From Naegleria gruberi (Eukaryota): a DNA stretch of 64,000 bases. Under the pieces are notes generated by a model, which ran no database searches, was not told where the DNA came from, and saw nothing but the letters and a program-made list of their open reading frames with translations. Shown here piece by piece: positions 44,493-56,420 of the stretch. Positions within the stretch are counted from its first letter, which is position 1; the number at the start of each line of letters is the position of its first letter. The stretch lies in NCBI GenBank assembly GCA_000004985.1, contig GG738862.1, one strand, 5' to 3'. The position numbers and the translations under genes were made by a program.

Positions 44493-47477
44493 ATGACGTT
44501 TTTAACATCACAAAAAAACATGTCTCTGCATCACCTAATCTTGGTTGCTTTGCTCATCTCAGCACAATTTGTTTGCTTTTCACAACAGCAAGCAACCATG
44601 GCGCCAAGTGTCAGCCACATGCTTCTTGCTGGCGGAAACACACCTTTCGGCTATTATGGAAATACGAAAGGTCTCACTCCTTCTTCCATCTTGTGTGGTC
44701 AAGATGATTTCATCTACAGTGTGGACACAAGCGTTGCTGGTATCAAAATAGCCAAATTACTACCTAGCGGCGTTATTTCCTCTTCTTTTGGCACTGACCA
44801 TAGCTCAGCCACAGGAAGAACACTGGGAATGGCTTCGTATCCTGATGGCTCTGCTGCTGGAAAGTATTTTGTCTATGAATTGGATCCTGTAACCAAAATC
44901 CTAACCAAGAATTCAGTGAGTTTGAATGCTAATGGACCTGTTGGAACTATTCCAATGGCTGCAGAGGTGATAAGTGATCCAAGTGGATTGGCTGTCACAT
45001 CAAATGGTGATTTACTATTTTCAGATAGTAAGGCGAATGTTATTCGAAGAATTAACATGACAGCACCTGGATTGGATGGAAATTACACAACAACAATTGT
45101 TGCTGGAGTTGTTGGAGCATCTGGATATGGTGGAGAATCTGTTGTGGCCACAGGAGCAATTTTATCTTCACCAACAGGAATAACTGTATTTGGAAATGCT
45201 TTTTATTTTGCTGAAACTTCTCTTAATATTATTCGAAAGGTTGACATGCAAACTGGATTATTGACAACTGTTGCTGGAATACAAGGTCAAAGTGGTGATA
45301 GTGGAGAGGGTTATTTGGCCACATCAGCATTTCTGAATGGTCCTCAATCAGTTGCCTTTAATAGCAATGGTGATATGTTCATTTCTGACTCAAAAAATAA
45401 CAAAATCAAAAAGGTGTTTTTCAATAATGGAACTATTATCACAATTGCTGGAACTGGAAGTGCTAATTTTACTGGAGATGGATCAAATGCCAAGTTTGCA
45501 ACTTTGAATTTGCCAACATTTATTTCAGTTTCCAATTCAACTGGTGACATTTATATTATTGATTCTCAAAATTACAGAATTAGAAAGATTACTGCAAGTA
45601 CCAATGTTATTTCCACATTTCTAGGCAATGGACTTTCGAGAAATTACGGTGAAAATATTTCAGCTGGTGCAGCTTCTTTCAATTCCCCAGTTGGTTTCAC
45701 ATTTTCTTTGGCTTATCCTAATAATGTGATTTATGTTGCTGATACAGGAAATCATAGAATTAGATCATTCTCTCAATTCTATTCTGGCAGAAATATTGTA
45801 ACTGTGGCAGGTTTACCGAGACCTGGACTTGGAGGTGAGAATTTGCCTGCCTTATCAAGTTCTTTCAATTTTCCATCTAATTTGGTGTTTCATCCAATTT
45901 CAGGAGATTTACTAATAGTCGATACCCAAAATCATAGAATTAGAAGTATGAGCAAGAGTACATCCTTCGTTAAAACAATTGCTGGAACTGGAATAGCAGG
46001 TTACAATGGAGAGGGTATGCTTTCGAATATGACCAAAATGAACTCACCATCTGGCATTGCAGTCCTAAGTACTGGTGAGATTATCTTTGCAGATACATTC
46101 AACAATTTGGTAAGAATGATTAATTTGCAAGGTATCGTTTCAATATTTAGTTCTAATGTTTCTGCACCTGTTGGTATTGCTGTCAATTCAAAAGATGAAA
46201 TTTATATTGGTGATAGTGGTAATCAAAGAGTATTACGCTGTACCAAACAAGGAGTTTGTGTTACATTTGCTGGTACAAAGGGAGTTAAGGGTTATTATCC
46301 AAGCAGTTCCAAAGTTGCTGTTCCAGTTTCTCAAGTTTTATTCACTCAACCAACTTACATTGCACCTAATAATGCAGGAGATGTTTATGTGGTGGATAGT
46401 GGAAATGGAAGAATTGTTAAAATTGCAAGAGATGGAAAAGCTGCTAATGTTTTGAATAATTTGGTCAATCCAGGAAATATTGCATTCAATGAATATGAAC
46501 AAAGTCCAATCTTTATCAGTTCTGATATAGTTCATGAGTTAAAGTCCACATGTAACTCCAATTATGTGCTCTCCATTTATGATTATGAATGTAATTTGAT
46601 AACATGTTCTGGAGTTGCCTTGACAAACAGTTCTGTATGCTCCTCGCACGGAGTTTGTGCCTCAATGGACACATGTATCTGCAACACGGATGATACCTAT
46701 TTTGGAAAGAATTGTGAGTTTAAACTATGTAATGGAGCTCAAATTTCATCCACTCAACCATGTGTAGCTCAACAATCACCATCCACAAAGGAAATCAAAG
46801 TTGAAACAATTTTAATCTCTTCATTGAATGCAAAGAATGTTACTTTTGACAAGTTTGAAACCATTCAAGTAACCTTCCCTTCTTCAATCGTTTCTCAATT
46901 GAATAGCACAGGTTCAGTTTCAGGCAATCTCAACATTGACCTCGTCAGTTCAGTTGTAAATCAAACTTTGGACAATTCACTCAATAGCTTATCAGAAAAC
47001 AATACAATTTTCCTAGTGAGCTCCATTGTGACAATTTCACTATTTGACAGAGACACTGGAAAGGAAATTTCAGTCAAGCAACTCAGTGAACCAATCAATA
47101 TTCAAATGAAATCCATCTCTGTTCCGAATTCCCTCCTTGAAAACCGTGAATTCTCCTTTGTGTGCATGTACCTAGACATTTCCTCCAACACTTGGAAAAC
47201 CGATGGTGTTGAAACCATTATTCAAAACTTACAAAACACCACAGAAACATTGACCTTCTCCACCCTATGCAGAACCACACACTTGACCAGTTTCGCAGTC
47301 ATTGATCCAACCTATAAAAAAGCCTCAAAATCTGATTCAAACAATAGCAATCTCCTCGATCTTGGCACCATCATTGGAATTGCTGTAGGAGGTGGTGCAG
47401 GTCTCTTAATTGTTTGCACCATGATGGTTCTCGCCATTGTTGTATTGGTTGTTTGCTGTGTGAAAAAGAGAAAGTAA
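44493..47477 (+). CDS. Type I membrane protein with an NHL-repeat beta-propeller ectodomain, EGF-like Cys module(s) and a single TM helix (994 aa), no kinase
   Basis: Signal peptide (MSLHHLILVALLISAQFVCFS). Twelve or more NHL-type repeats (...VADTGNHRIRSF..., ...IVDTQNHRIRSM..., ...YIGDSGNQRVLR...). EGF-like CSSHGVCASMDTCICNTDDTYFGKNCEFKLC. C-terminal TM IIGIAVGGGAGLLIVCTMMVLAIVVLVVCC followed by KKRK and the stop. Confidence 0.8.
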   Translation: MTFLTSQKNMSLHHLILVALLISAQFVCFSQQQATMAPSVSHMLLAGGNTPFGYYGNTKGLTPSSILCGQDDFIYSVDTSVAGIKIAKLLPSGVISSSFGTDHSSATGRTLGMASYPDGSAAGKYFVYELDPVTKILTKNSVSLNANGPVGTIPMAAEVISDPSGLAVTSNGDLLFSDSKANVIRRINMTAPGLDGNYTTTIVAGVVGASGYGGESVVATGAILSSPTGITVFGNAFYFAETSLNIIRKVDMQTGLLTTVAGIQGQSGDSGEGYLATSAFLNGPQSVAFNSNGDMFISDSKNNKIKKVFFNNGTIITIAGTGSANFTGDGSNAKFATLNLPTFISVSNSTGDIYIIDSQNYRIRKITASTNVISTFLGNGLSRNYGENISAGAASFNSPVGFTFSLAYPNNVIYVADTGNHRIRSFSQFYSGRNIVTVAGLPRPGLGGENLPALSSSFNFPSNLVFHPISGDLLIVDTQNHRIRSMSKSTSFVKTIAGTGIAGYNGEGMLSNMTKMNSPSGIAVLSTGEIIFADTFNNLVRMINLQGIVSIFSSNVSAPVGIAVNSKDEIYIGDSGNQRVLRCTKQGVCVTFAGTKGVKGYYPSSSKVAVPVSQVLFTQPTYIAPNNAGDVYVVDSGNGRIVKIARDGKAANVLNNLVNPGNIAFNEYEQSPIFISSDIVHELKSTCNSNYVLSIYDYECNLITCSGVALTNSSVCSSHGVCASMDTCICNTDDTYFGKNCEFKLCNGAQISSTQPCVAQQSPSTKEIKVETILISSLNAKNVTFDKFETIQVTFPSSIVSQLNSTGSVSGNLNIDLVSSVVNQTLDNSLNSLSENNTIFLVSSIVTISLFDRDTGKEISVKQLSEPINIQMKSISVPNSLLENREFSFVCMYLDISSNTWKTDGVETIIQNLQNTTETLTFSTLCRTTHLTSFAVIDPTYKKASKSDSNNSNLLDLGTIIGIAVGGGAGLLIVCTMMVLAIVVLVVCCVKKRK

Positions 47478-48604
47478 ATTGTTATCAAGTTCATCCAGTC
47501 TGGACCTCTTTTGGATGTCTCGAATATTGAGCTTGTTCAAAAACCTTGTTGAAATATCTTAATCAGGCTGCAAGACCCAAACATCGCAGTGGAATGATTC
47601 CTCAACCTTGAACATTTCTACTCCTTCACAACTACTGTTCCTTTTAAGGCGAATTGGGGTTGTTGAATCTCAAAACGCCTTGTTTTCAATAGCTGCATGG
47701 ATAATGAGAAGCATTGGTCAATATCCGTTTCAATATCCTCATGCCATTATTCAGTCAATTTAATACGTCCTGCTTAATAGCGCACTGACAAACATCATCA
47801 GCATCACGTCAAATATTATTCCTCAACTACTACTTTCTCTCAATGATTGAAGATGATTACTTCTTTCTTTTTTGGGCTATCAAACAAAAGTGTGTGCCAA
47901 CAAACAACCCATTCGATATTGAAGTATTCCTTCTATTAAATCCCTCGCGAATTCTTGTTGGTGTTTTTCGCTTCTCCTCAACAGCGATTCAGAAGACTTT
48001 CGATTTGAGCGCCAAAATGGTGCGACCTCAAGCAACAATTGTTTTGCATTTTGGTGTGTGGTGAAGTGGTTTTGTTGTATGAAAATTGTTCGGACAGCTC
48101 CTTTGTACCACTTGAAGTATTTTAGGTGAAGCATTTTCAGTAATACAACAAAAAAAACCCTCAACAACAACTAGAAGGCGAACTGTTGCTCTCAAGAGAT
48201 TCCATTATACACTAACGAGCTAGGTACGAAAAGGTTCTTTTGAGTTAAATAGAAGGTAGGTAATATTATCAATGATTACAGTCTTGCTGATTATATTGTT
48301 CTTGTATTGTTCATCGTCATCTTTTTGTATTTTCATATTGCGTTATCTTTGGTCTTCTTTCGTCATCATTATCCAATAATAATAATTATTGCTTGCTTAC
48401 TTGCCCGTTGGTGTTATTAATATATTTGATGACCGTCCTCATCACTATGAATTTCACCGATATGGAATGAATATCAATTATGGACAAATGTGCAAATTGT
48501 CCTCATCGACACCCAACAACAACATCCACAATTTATGCTTTGTTTATTTAACACACTCAACGAATCATCATGATGAATTAAAAAATTGCAACAATAACAT
48601 CTAG

Positions 48605-50219
48605 ATGTCAACGCTAACACAAAGAAGCAATACCAAACAAAAACAAGGTTTGGCAGCAACACCATCATCTCACGATGTTGCCAAGAACAAGGACAATAAG
48701 AAATCACCATTCAGAGCTATTCACTACAACAAGGATATTGTACAAACAACACCAGAAACACAATGGAGACCATATCCATGGTGTTTGTGGCCTGATTGGG
48801 TCAGTGGTGTTATGGGAATGTGTGTGATGGCTCCACTCACTCCTCCTCTCATTGTCTTGTTGACATTATCTAATGTTTGGATGGCTGCTATGCAGTGGTC
48901 CTGGAGCAAGTTTTTGAGTGTAACACCTCTCATCAGATCCATTCCTGACCTTGTTTATGAAAAGTTTGCCAAGTGGGCAGCCAAAAAGACCTTGAATGAT
49001 GAAAAGAATTCTGAATTTATTCCTTCTCTAATTTGGTTGACCGTATTGTGCCCAACCATTCTTGCTGTTTCAACCTATAGATTGTACGTTGTTATTGTTA
49101 ATTGTTTTATATTAATATTATCAATATTTTCACATTAATCCATGTGAAAAACATTAATAATTAACATTTCACACATTCCAACAACAAATTGGAACCCTCA
49201 TCAACGATTTTCTTGTCACACAACGAACTCTTTTTCAATGTCACAACAATCAAATGAATCACAACAGCTATCATTATGGATTTGAATTCTCTACCTTCTT
49301 CCTTTTCCACTTGTTACGTTTGGGACCTCGTTTCCGTTTCTTCACTCACTTGCACGTTCTTCTCCACAAAGAAGGACACGACCATGATGGTTTCTTTAGT
49401 TCAAAGAAGACCAAATTATTACACCTTTTAAACCATTGGTATGTTCAATGGTTCTTGGGTCCATTCTATGGTCAAGTTCCAAACTCCTACTGTATTGGTC
49501 ACAACAAGATCCATCACAAGTATGACAATGGTTTGGATGATGTTCACACAAATATTGACTTGGATCGTACTTCATCATGGAGTTTCATTATGTATGCTCC
49601 AAGATTTGGTGGCTATTGGGTTGGTATTACACCATTCTTCCATTTCCTCTTCACTGAAGAATACCAATTTGCTTGGGATATCTTGAAGGGAATGATTCTC
49701 TATTATGGAATTTGGGTTCTTGGATACTTTACTTTGGGATTCACTTATACTTTCTGTTACTTGATTTATCCACAATTGGAAGCCATCACTTTCTTTGCTG
49801 CCATTTCTTATATGTGGCATTTGTGGATTGATCCAAAGGATCCAACTAATCCATACATTAACTCTGTCACAATTGTTAAGGGTCACGATAACGTTTGGGG
49901 AGAAGATTACCATGCCATTCACCACCATGCTGTTCATGTTCACTGGAAGGATGCTGATGATCACTATGATGATCATGAAAGTGAATATGGAGAAAATCAA
50001 GCAACAATTTTCACTGATTGTGAAGAAGGTGTCTTGTTGTACTGGGTATTTAGTGGTCAATGGGATGAAATTGCTTCTCACTTTGTCGATATGTCTGGTA
50101 AGATGACCCATGATGAAAAGAAGGAACTTTTAATTAATAGAGCCAAATGTACTTTTGGTAAAAAGACACAATATGGGTGGTCTCACATGTTAAAGTTCTT
50201 TACCTCTAGTAAGAATTAA
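48605..50219 (+). CDS. Membrane fatty-acid desaturase/hydroxylase-superfamily protein (three His boxes). Possibly two exons joined by a 184-nt G-poor intron.
   Basis: ORF 49254-50219 carries HLHVLLHKEGHDH, HNKIHHKYDN and HAIHHHAVHVHW, the HX3-4H / HX2-3HH / HX2-3HH pattern. The upstream ORF 48605-49138 is hydrophobic. A candidate intron at 49084-49267 (gtacgt...aacag) has no AG for ~180 nt before the acceptor and joins ...AVSTYR to FYHYGFEFSTFF in frame. If it is not spliced, the two are separate genes. Confidence 0.5.
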
Positions 50220-50258
50220 ATTTTAAAAACAAATAAATTAAAAATTAATCATTAAAAA

Positions 50259-50879
50259 ATGAGTGAAGAAATCATCGTGATCTTGAAACTGGATCATCAC
50301 ATCGGATCTGGAGTTTTAACTAATTTTTATAGGACCACTGCCAAGTTAGAGAGTAAACTAATCAACTATTCACAATATCTTTCATTATTCAAAGGTGAAT
50401 TAAAGATCCACACACGTCCAAGATTATTATTCAGATCGAGCAGGGATGGATTTTCTCTTTCTGATTTTCATTCACGATGTGATAATCAATTCAAACTTGT
50501 AATTATTGTAAAATCACAAGAGGGTGATTTATTTGGAGGATACACAACTAAGAATATCAATACAATGCCAAAATCTACATATGACTCTGTGGGGGATAAT
50601 GATTCATTTACTTTTCAATTTGATGAAGAAAAATTGCATATTTTCAGATTGTTGCCTTCGAGGTTGGAAACTGCCTTGCATCGATATGAGTTAACTTATC
50701 TTTTTGCCTTTTCTTGGAGTTTCTGGATTTGTGAAGATGCCAATACTAAAATATCTGGTTCACATGAGTCAACAACTGAAAATATACTTCCAGAATGTAG
50801 ATTACCAGTTGGAAAAAAGTATTTTGGTGGATTGACTTTTCGTGTTGAGGATATGGAAGTTTTCAAGATTGAGGAATAG
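50259..50879 (+). CDS. Cytosolic TLDc-domain protein (206 aa, no signal peptide)
   Basis: LLFRSSRDGFSLSDFHSRCDNQFKLVIIVKSQEGDLFGGYTTKN... This is the TLDc core. It lacks the N-terminal hydrophobic segment of the other three TLDc genes. Confidence 0.75.
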   Translation: MSEEIIVILKLDHHIGSGVLTNFYRTTAKLESKLINYSQYLSLFKGELKIHTRPRLLFRSSRDGFSLSDFHSRCDNQFKLVIIVKSQEGDLFGGYTTKNINTMPKSTYDSVGDNDSFTFQFDEEKLHIFRLLPSRLETALHRYELTYLFAFSWSFWICEDANTKISGSHESTTENILPECRLPVGKKYFGGLTFRVEDMEVFKIEE

Positions 50880-51243
50880 TATTGTGTGCTATAGTTACAT
50901 TTAGTAAATTCTGGAGGTAAAAACATGATCAGCATTCACAAGTTTTGATACGTGATCAGAAATTATATTTACCACCAATATCTAAATCTGTGGACCATTT
51001 AAAACCATATTTATCATTCCAACTGATATCATTTTCACAATCTTTTTCTCGGGAATTCAAGTAATTTCCTTCCACAACAAGACGAAACAAAAATCAATTG
51101 GAATTACATCATTTTTTAATATTTAAATTTTAGATTAATTTTCAAAAATTACGTAATTGGATGGTGTGTTACTTTGTTTCATCCGAAACTTTAAGTGGAA
51201 CACAACTTGGCACACTAAAGTCATCCATCATGTGAAAAGAAAA

Positions 51244-54200
51244 ATGCGCAGACTGCTCGTTTTGCTGAGTTTATTCTTGTTTATTCAGCTTGGTTATTCG
51301 AAACTGGTTGAGTATAGATGGGAACCTATCAGTGGTGTGGCCAAATTTTCAACATCTTTTGCCAATGCATACCAATCCGAAAATCAGCCAGAAATTATAT
51401 ATTTTCAGGAATCTTCTTTTCGTATATTTAAATATAATCAAACTTCTGGTGATCGAAAATTATTGCTTGGTTGTTATACTAGTAGTATTTGTATGCCCGA
51501 GAATTCGGTTTCTACTGGTGATATCAATAGTGCAACTACCATTGATCTCACCATTACTGCTTTTCATGTGGACGAAACTTCATACGAAACTATTTATGTT
51601 GCTACCCACAAGCAGATCTACAAATTTCAAAATGGAAATTTAATTCTTCTTTCCAAGCAGTTAGGAGCTTCCACTACCATTCAGGAAGGTTCAGCACTTT
51701 CGAATACCACTTTCACCAAAATTGGTTCAATTTCTAGGGATCCTATTGGAAACTTGTATATTTGTGAGGAATCAAACCTATATAGAGTTGATTTAAACGG
51801 AATTATTAATTTTATGAGTTTGCGAGGTGGATTTACGCTAACCAAGAAAGATGGCTTTTCAAACGAAACAATTTTTTCAACTTATATTTCGAATATAAGA
51901 TATCACAAGGGATACTTGTATGGATGTGATTTATTCTCAATATTCAAGATTAATTTACAAACATGGTGGATGACTGTCATTCAAGGGAGACAATTTGATG
52001 GAAATACCAATGATGGACCTGCTTTGGATGCTAAAGTGAATTTTGTGTATGGATTTGCAGTTTCTCCTCTTGATGATTCAATTTATCTTACAAATTTAGG
52101 ATATTGGAAAGTGATTAATCAAACTACTGGGAATATTTCGACCATTTTGTTGTTCGATTCATCCATTGCATCACCAACTTTTTTCTCACCAAATCATATT
52201 TTAAATGGACAAACTATAATGAAAACTGATTTGTCCCTTAAACAAGTTTATCCAATTTTAACTATTAATGGAGCTATTAATGATGGTACTAATGTGCAAA
52301 ATAGAGTGTTTGATTCAATAGCTGCTATTGCGTTCAATCAATCAAGTAATGAACTATTAATTGCTGATTCTAATTTTGGATTTAATTTGAAGAAAGTGGA
52401 TTTGACAACTGGAACTGTGTCTACCATTACATTAATAGACAAATTTTCAAATGTTTCATGTTGGAATTCTTCTGAAGAGACTAATGAGAGTTTTATCCGT
52501 TCAAAATTCATTCCCAATGCATTACAACTCAGAAATTCTGATTTATACGTTTCATCAACTCAGATGATTCAAAAAATAGATGTATCTAAAGGAAATGGTT
52601 GTTTCTATGCTGGTTCCATTACTGGTGATAGATTAAGAAAGGAAGGTCCTCCGTCCTCAATAATTTTGAAAAATCCAACAGGAATATTCTGTCTCGATTC
52701 ATTTTCTACGATTTATATTGCAGATACTGATAATCATAGAATTCTCAAATATATCTCAAAAGAAATGGTAGAGGTTATTGCTGGTATTGGAGTTCAGGGA
52801 TTTTCTGGTGATGGAGGTTTGGCAATTAATGCTCAATTAGACAAACCTCATTCAGCTCATTTTGATAAGATTTCTGGGAATATTTACATTGCTGACAGTG
52901 GAAACCACAGAATTAGAATGATATTTCCTAATGGAACAATAACCACAATTGTTGGAAGTGGTACTAATGGATTTAATGGAGATGGATTGAATCCATTAGA
53001 AACTCATCTCAACTTACCAAAATATGTATTCTATGATTCTGAAATTTTATACATTTCAGATTCTTTCAATCATAGAGTCAGATCTTTTTTCAATGGAACT
53101 ATAAGTACAGTATTAGGAAATGGAATTACTGGATCTAGACTTGTTCCCAATAATCCTAAAGAAACTCAATTGAATTCACCATTTGGATTGTTTGTTTCAA
53201 ATTATAATCTCTTTGTAGCAGGTAAGTTTCTCTTTCCTACTAGTTAGGATACATTAATTTATATTAGATACTTATAATCACAGAATATTGTGTGTTTATT
53301 ATGATTCCAAGGTTGAAATCATTGCTGGAACAGGTGAATCAGGTAAGTTTCTAATACATTAATGAATATTGATGAGAATAGGATATAATGGTGATGGTAT
53401 GGTTGCAACACAGGCAAAACTCTTCCTACCAAGTATGGTATCTGTAGTTGACCAATCTATTATTTATATTGCTGATACTGCTAATAACAAAATTCGTATA
53501 ATTTCTAGAGGTGTTATTTCATCCTTCTATGAAAAAATAATATCTCCAATTGGTTTATGCCCAGAAGTGTCATATTTTGCTTATACAGCAGGAAATTTAG
53601 TTTTATCAAATGGTCGAACGGAACCACTTGTAGGAGGTATTGCAGATGGATTGAATGTCTTTTATGCTAATGTAAATCCCACAAGAATTCTGTTAACTAC
53701 AGACAACAAGATGGTCATTTCGGAATCTGAAACTAATAGGATTAGAATGATTGATAATATTAAGGGAGGTATCAAGACAATTTCTGGAACAGGTAAATTT
53801 GGATTTAGTGGAGATGATAATGCTGCAAACCTTGCCATGCTAGCTTCTCCAACTGGATTAGCACAAGGAGTAGATTCCAATTTGATTTATTTTGCTGATT
53901 CAAGTAATAATAGAATCAGAGTAGTAACTGGTGCCTCAACTTTGACATCATTAATAATGACAAAAGCTGGAACAGGAGATCAATCATATTCTTTTCCTGA
54001 TTTACCGATAGATCCACTGAAGGCCAAGTTCAATACTCCAAGATTAGTGTCTAGGTTAAGCAATGGAAATATTCTGATTGGAGACACTCTCAACTATCGA
54101 ATTCAGATGATTTCGAATACTGAAAATGGCGAGAAATTACGAACCATAGTCAATGTAGCAGACGCATATGGAAGTTCAGTAATTACAGACATGGTTGTGA

Positions 54201-56010
54201 CCGAGCAAAATATAATTCTCGTCTCCACTATGGATGCAATTTACAACCTCTTGCCCCTTTGTGATAAGGGGTATCAACTTGTGAATAACAATACTGAATG
54301 CCTTCCTATTTGTTTTGGATCTCTTGGGCAATTTTCCTGTTCAGGCAGAGGCAAATGTGTAGAGCCAGATAATTGCTCATGCCTTCAGGGACTCTACACA
54401 GGAAGTCAATGTGAAATTCCAATATGTAATGGAATTGCTGCAAATGAATCAAGCGTTTGTTCTTATATGAATGGTACTTGTGGAATCAATAATCAGTGTA
54501 CATGCAAGGATGGATTTTATGGCAACATGTGTGAGAATCCAATTTGTTTCTCACAAATAGTTGGAGAATCATGCGGAGGTAGTCTCAGAGGAACTTGTAT
54601 TCATAAGGATAGATGCTCATGCAATCAACATTTTACTGGAGAGCGTTGTGAATTAAGAATGTGTTCAGGAAAAAGTGAGAATGACACTAAAGTGTGTAAT
54701 GGACATGGTAAATGTGTGGAAAATGGAAGATGTACCTGTGACGCTTTATATTCTGGTTTAGATTGTTCAGATATGAGTCAAATATATGCCTTAGGTATTA
54801 GTGCTTCTATTGTTCTATTGATATTGACTGTATTGGCTGTGGTTTCTATTATATTAGGATTAGTTGTTCATAGAAAGAATAGAAAGGAAAGAAAAATATT
54901 GGAAACTGAGCTATCTCTTGATGAGAGGTTGCTATCAACTACTGACGCATACGAAATGTCTATTTCTTCTGCTTCTAGTAATATTCATTCAACTAGTGAT
55001 GATCCTTCCTCTTTTGTTATTCCTCTCCATAAAATTGGAATGGATAAACCAATCAAGGTAAGTTTACTTTCGAATATAACAATTATTTAACAATTTTAAT
55101 ACAGAGACTGGGAGAAGGTGGAATAGGAAGTGTATTCATGTCAAAATATAATGGAATGATCGTTGCAGTTAAAGTATTTGATTTAAATAACTTGAACATT
55201 TCGGAAGAAGATTTCAAAAATGAGGCTATTCTATTAAGCAAACTTCGTCATCCTAATATTATCAATTTTTACGGAGTTTCTACATCACCAACGAAACGTT
55301 ACATAATTATGGAATGTTTGGATCAGAGTATGGAGAAGGTGATTGCCAAATTAGAGTTTAAACAATTAACTCTCTCATTGGATCAAAAATTGAAAATGAT
55401 TCTTAATATTGCTAATGGAATTGAATATTTACACAGCTTGAAACCAAGAAAAATCATCCATCGTGATCTAAAACCACAAAATATTCTATTGGATTCGAAT
55501 GGAAATTGTAAATTGTGTGATTTTGGATTGAGCAAATCCATTTCACAAGCAACTGTTTCTGCACTTACTAATCAGTTGGGTACACATTTCTACATGAGTC
55601 CAGAAATGTTTGATATTAATGCTGTTGATCCTACCTATGCTACTGCAGTTGATATTTACAGTTTCTCAATAATCATGTGGCAATTATTATTCGAAATCAA
55701 AGATCCCTACCTCTTTAAATCGTCAGAATTATTCCACAAATTGAAAACGAAATCACTTGAACAAGTCTCATCCTATCAGCTTACCAAAATGATTTGTGAA
55801 AATAATTATAGACCTTCTATTCCATTCCAATCTATCAACGAATGTACAGATTGGTGTACCGAATTTATGAAGTCAGAACTAGGAAATACTTCAACAATTT
55901 TCAAATTGGGCCAATTGATTAAAGAGTGTTGGCAAGCAGATCCAAAACTCAGACCAAGTATTGAACAAGTTGTAGATCAATTACAATCACTTGAGAATGA
56001 GCTTGTATAA
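51244..56010 (+). CDS. Receptor protein kinase with four exons: signal peptide, NHL-repeat block, second NHL block, EGF-like repeats, TM helix and a TKL-type Ser/Thr (or dual-specificity) kinase domain
   Basis: Exon 1 51244-53221 (MRRLLVLLSLFLFIQLGYS, NHL repeats such as ADTDNHRILKY and ADSGNHRIRMIF). Intron 53222-53267 (46 nt). Exon 2 53268-53342 (DTYNHRIL...IAGTGESG). Intron 53343-53381 (39 nt). Exon 3 53382-55057 (NHL repeats, EGF-like CSGRGKCVEPDNCSCLQGLYTGSQCEIPIC..., TM LGISASIVLLILTVLAVVSIILGLVV then HRKNRKERK). Intron 55058-55104 (47 nt, gtaagttta...aatacag). Exon 4 55105-56010 carries the kinase subdomains LGEGGIGSVF, VAVKV, HRDLKPQNILLD, DFGLSK and SPE. All donors are GTAAGT and phases are consistent. 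Confidence 0.8.
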
Positions 56011-56420
56011 TGAAACGTTGGAAGTTGTCACAATTTGGCTTATTAAAAGTTTTTGTAAATCTTCTGGAAGTTGGTGAATCTCTTGGCTTTTTTACACTCA
56101 ATATCCTTGTTGACCAAACTCAATTTCTTAGAGTCAATGAGGTAAAAGATCAAGTATAGCTTCATGTTGATGTTTCTCATTCTGGAAGGAATGTACTGTA
56201 CAAGACCGTAATCATGTTGTATGAGATAACAATGTCTTATTTGAAGTGCGTAACTCCTTTAACATGATAACTTGTCGATACCAAAACATTCCATTTAAAC
56301 CACCAAATACGATACGTTGACAACCCTTGACAAGATACAGCCAAAACAATGAAAGATTCCCTTAAAAAAGAATAGGATATCTCTGCTGCTACAGTGGAGA
56401 CAAAGAAAACAAAGAAAAAA

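Noticed and set aside
47600-48200. Slightly GC-richer intergenic block (gcgcactgac..., cgcttctcctcaacagcg...) considered as a possible snRNA or other ncRNA gene
   Set aside because: I could not match it to U1, U2, U4, U5 or U6 core sequences, and no tRNA cloverleaf or T-loop (GGTTCGAATCC-like) is visible. It is most likely a UTR or promoter.
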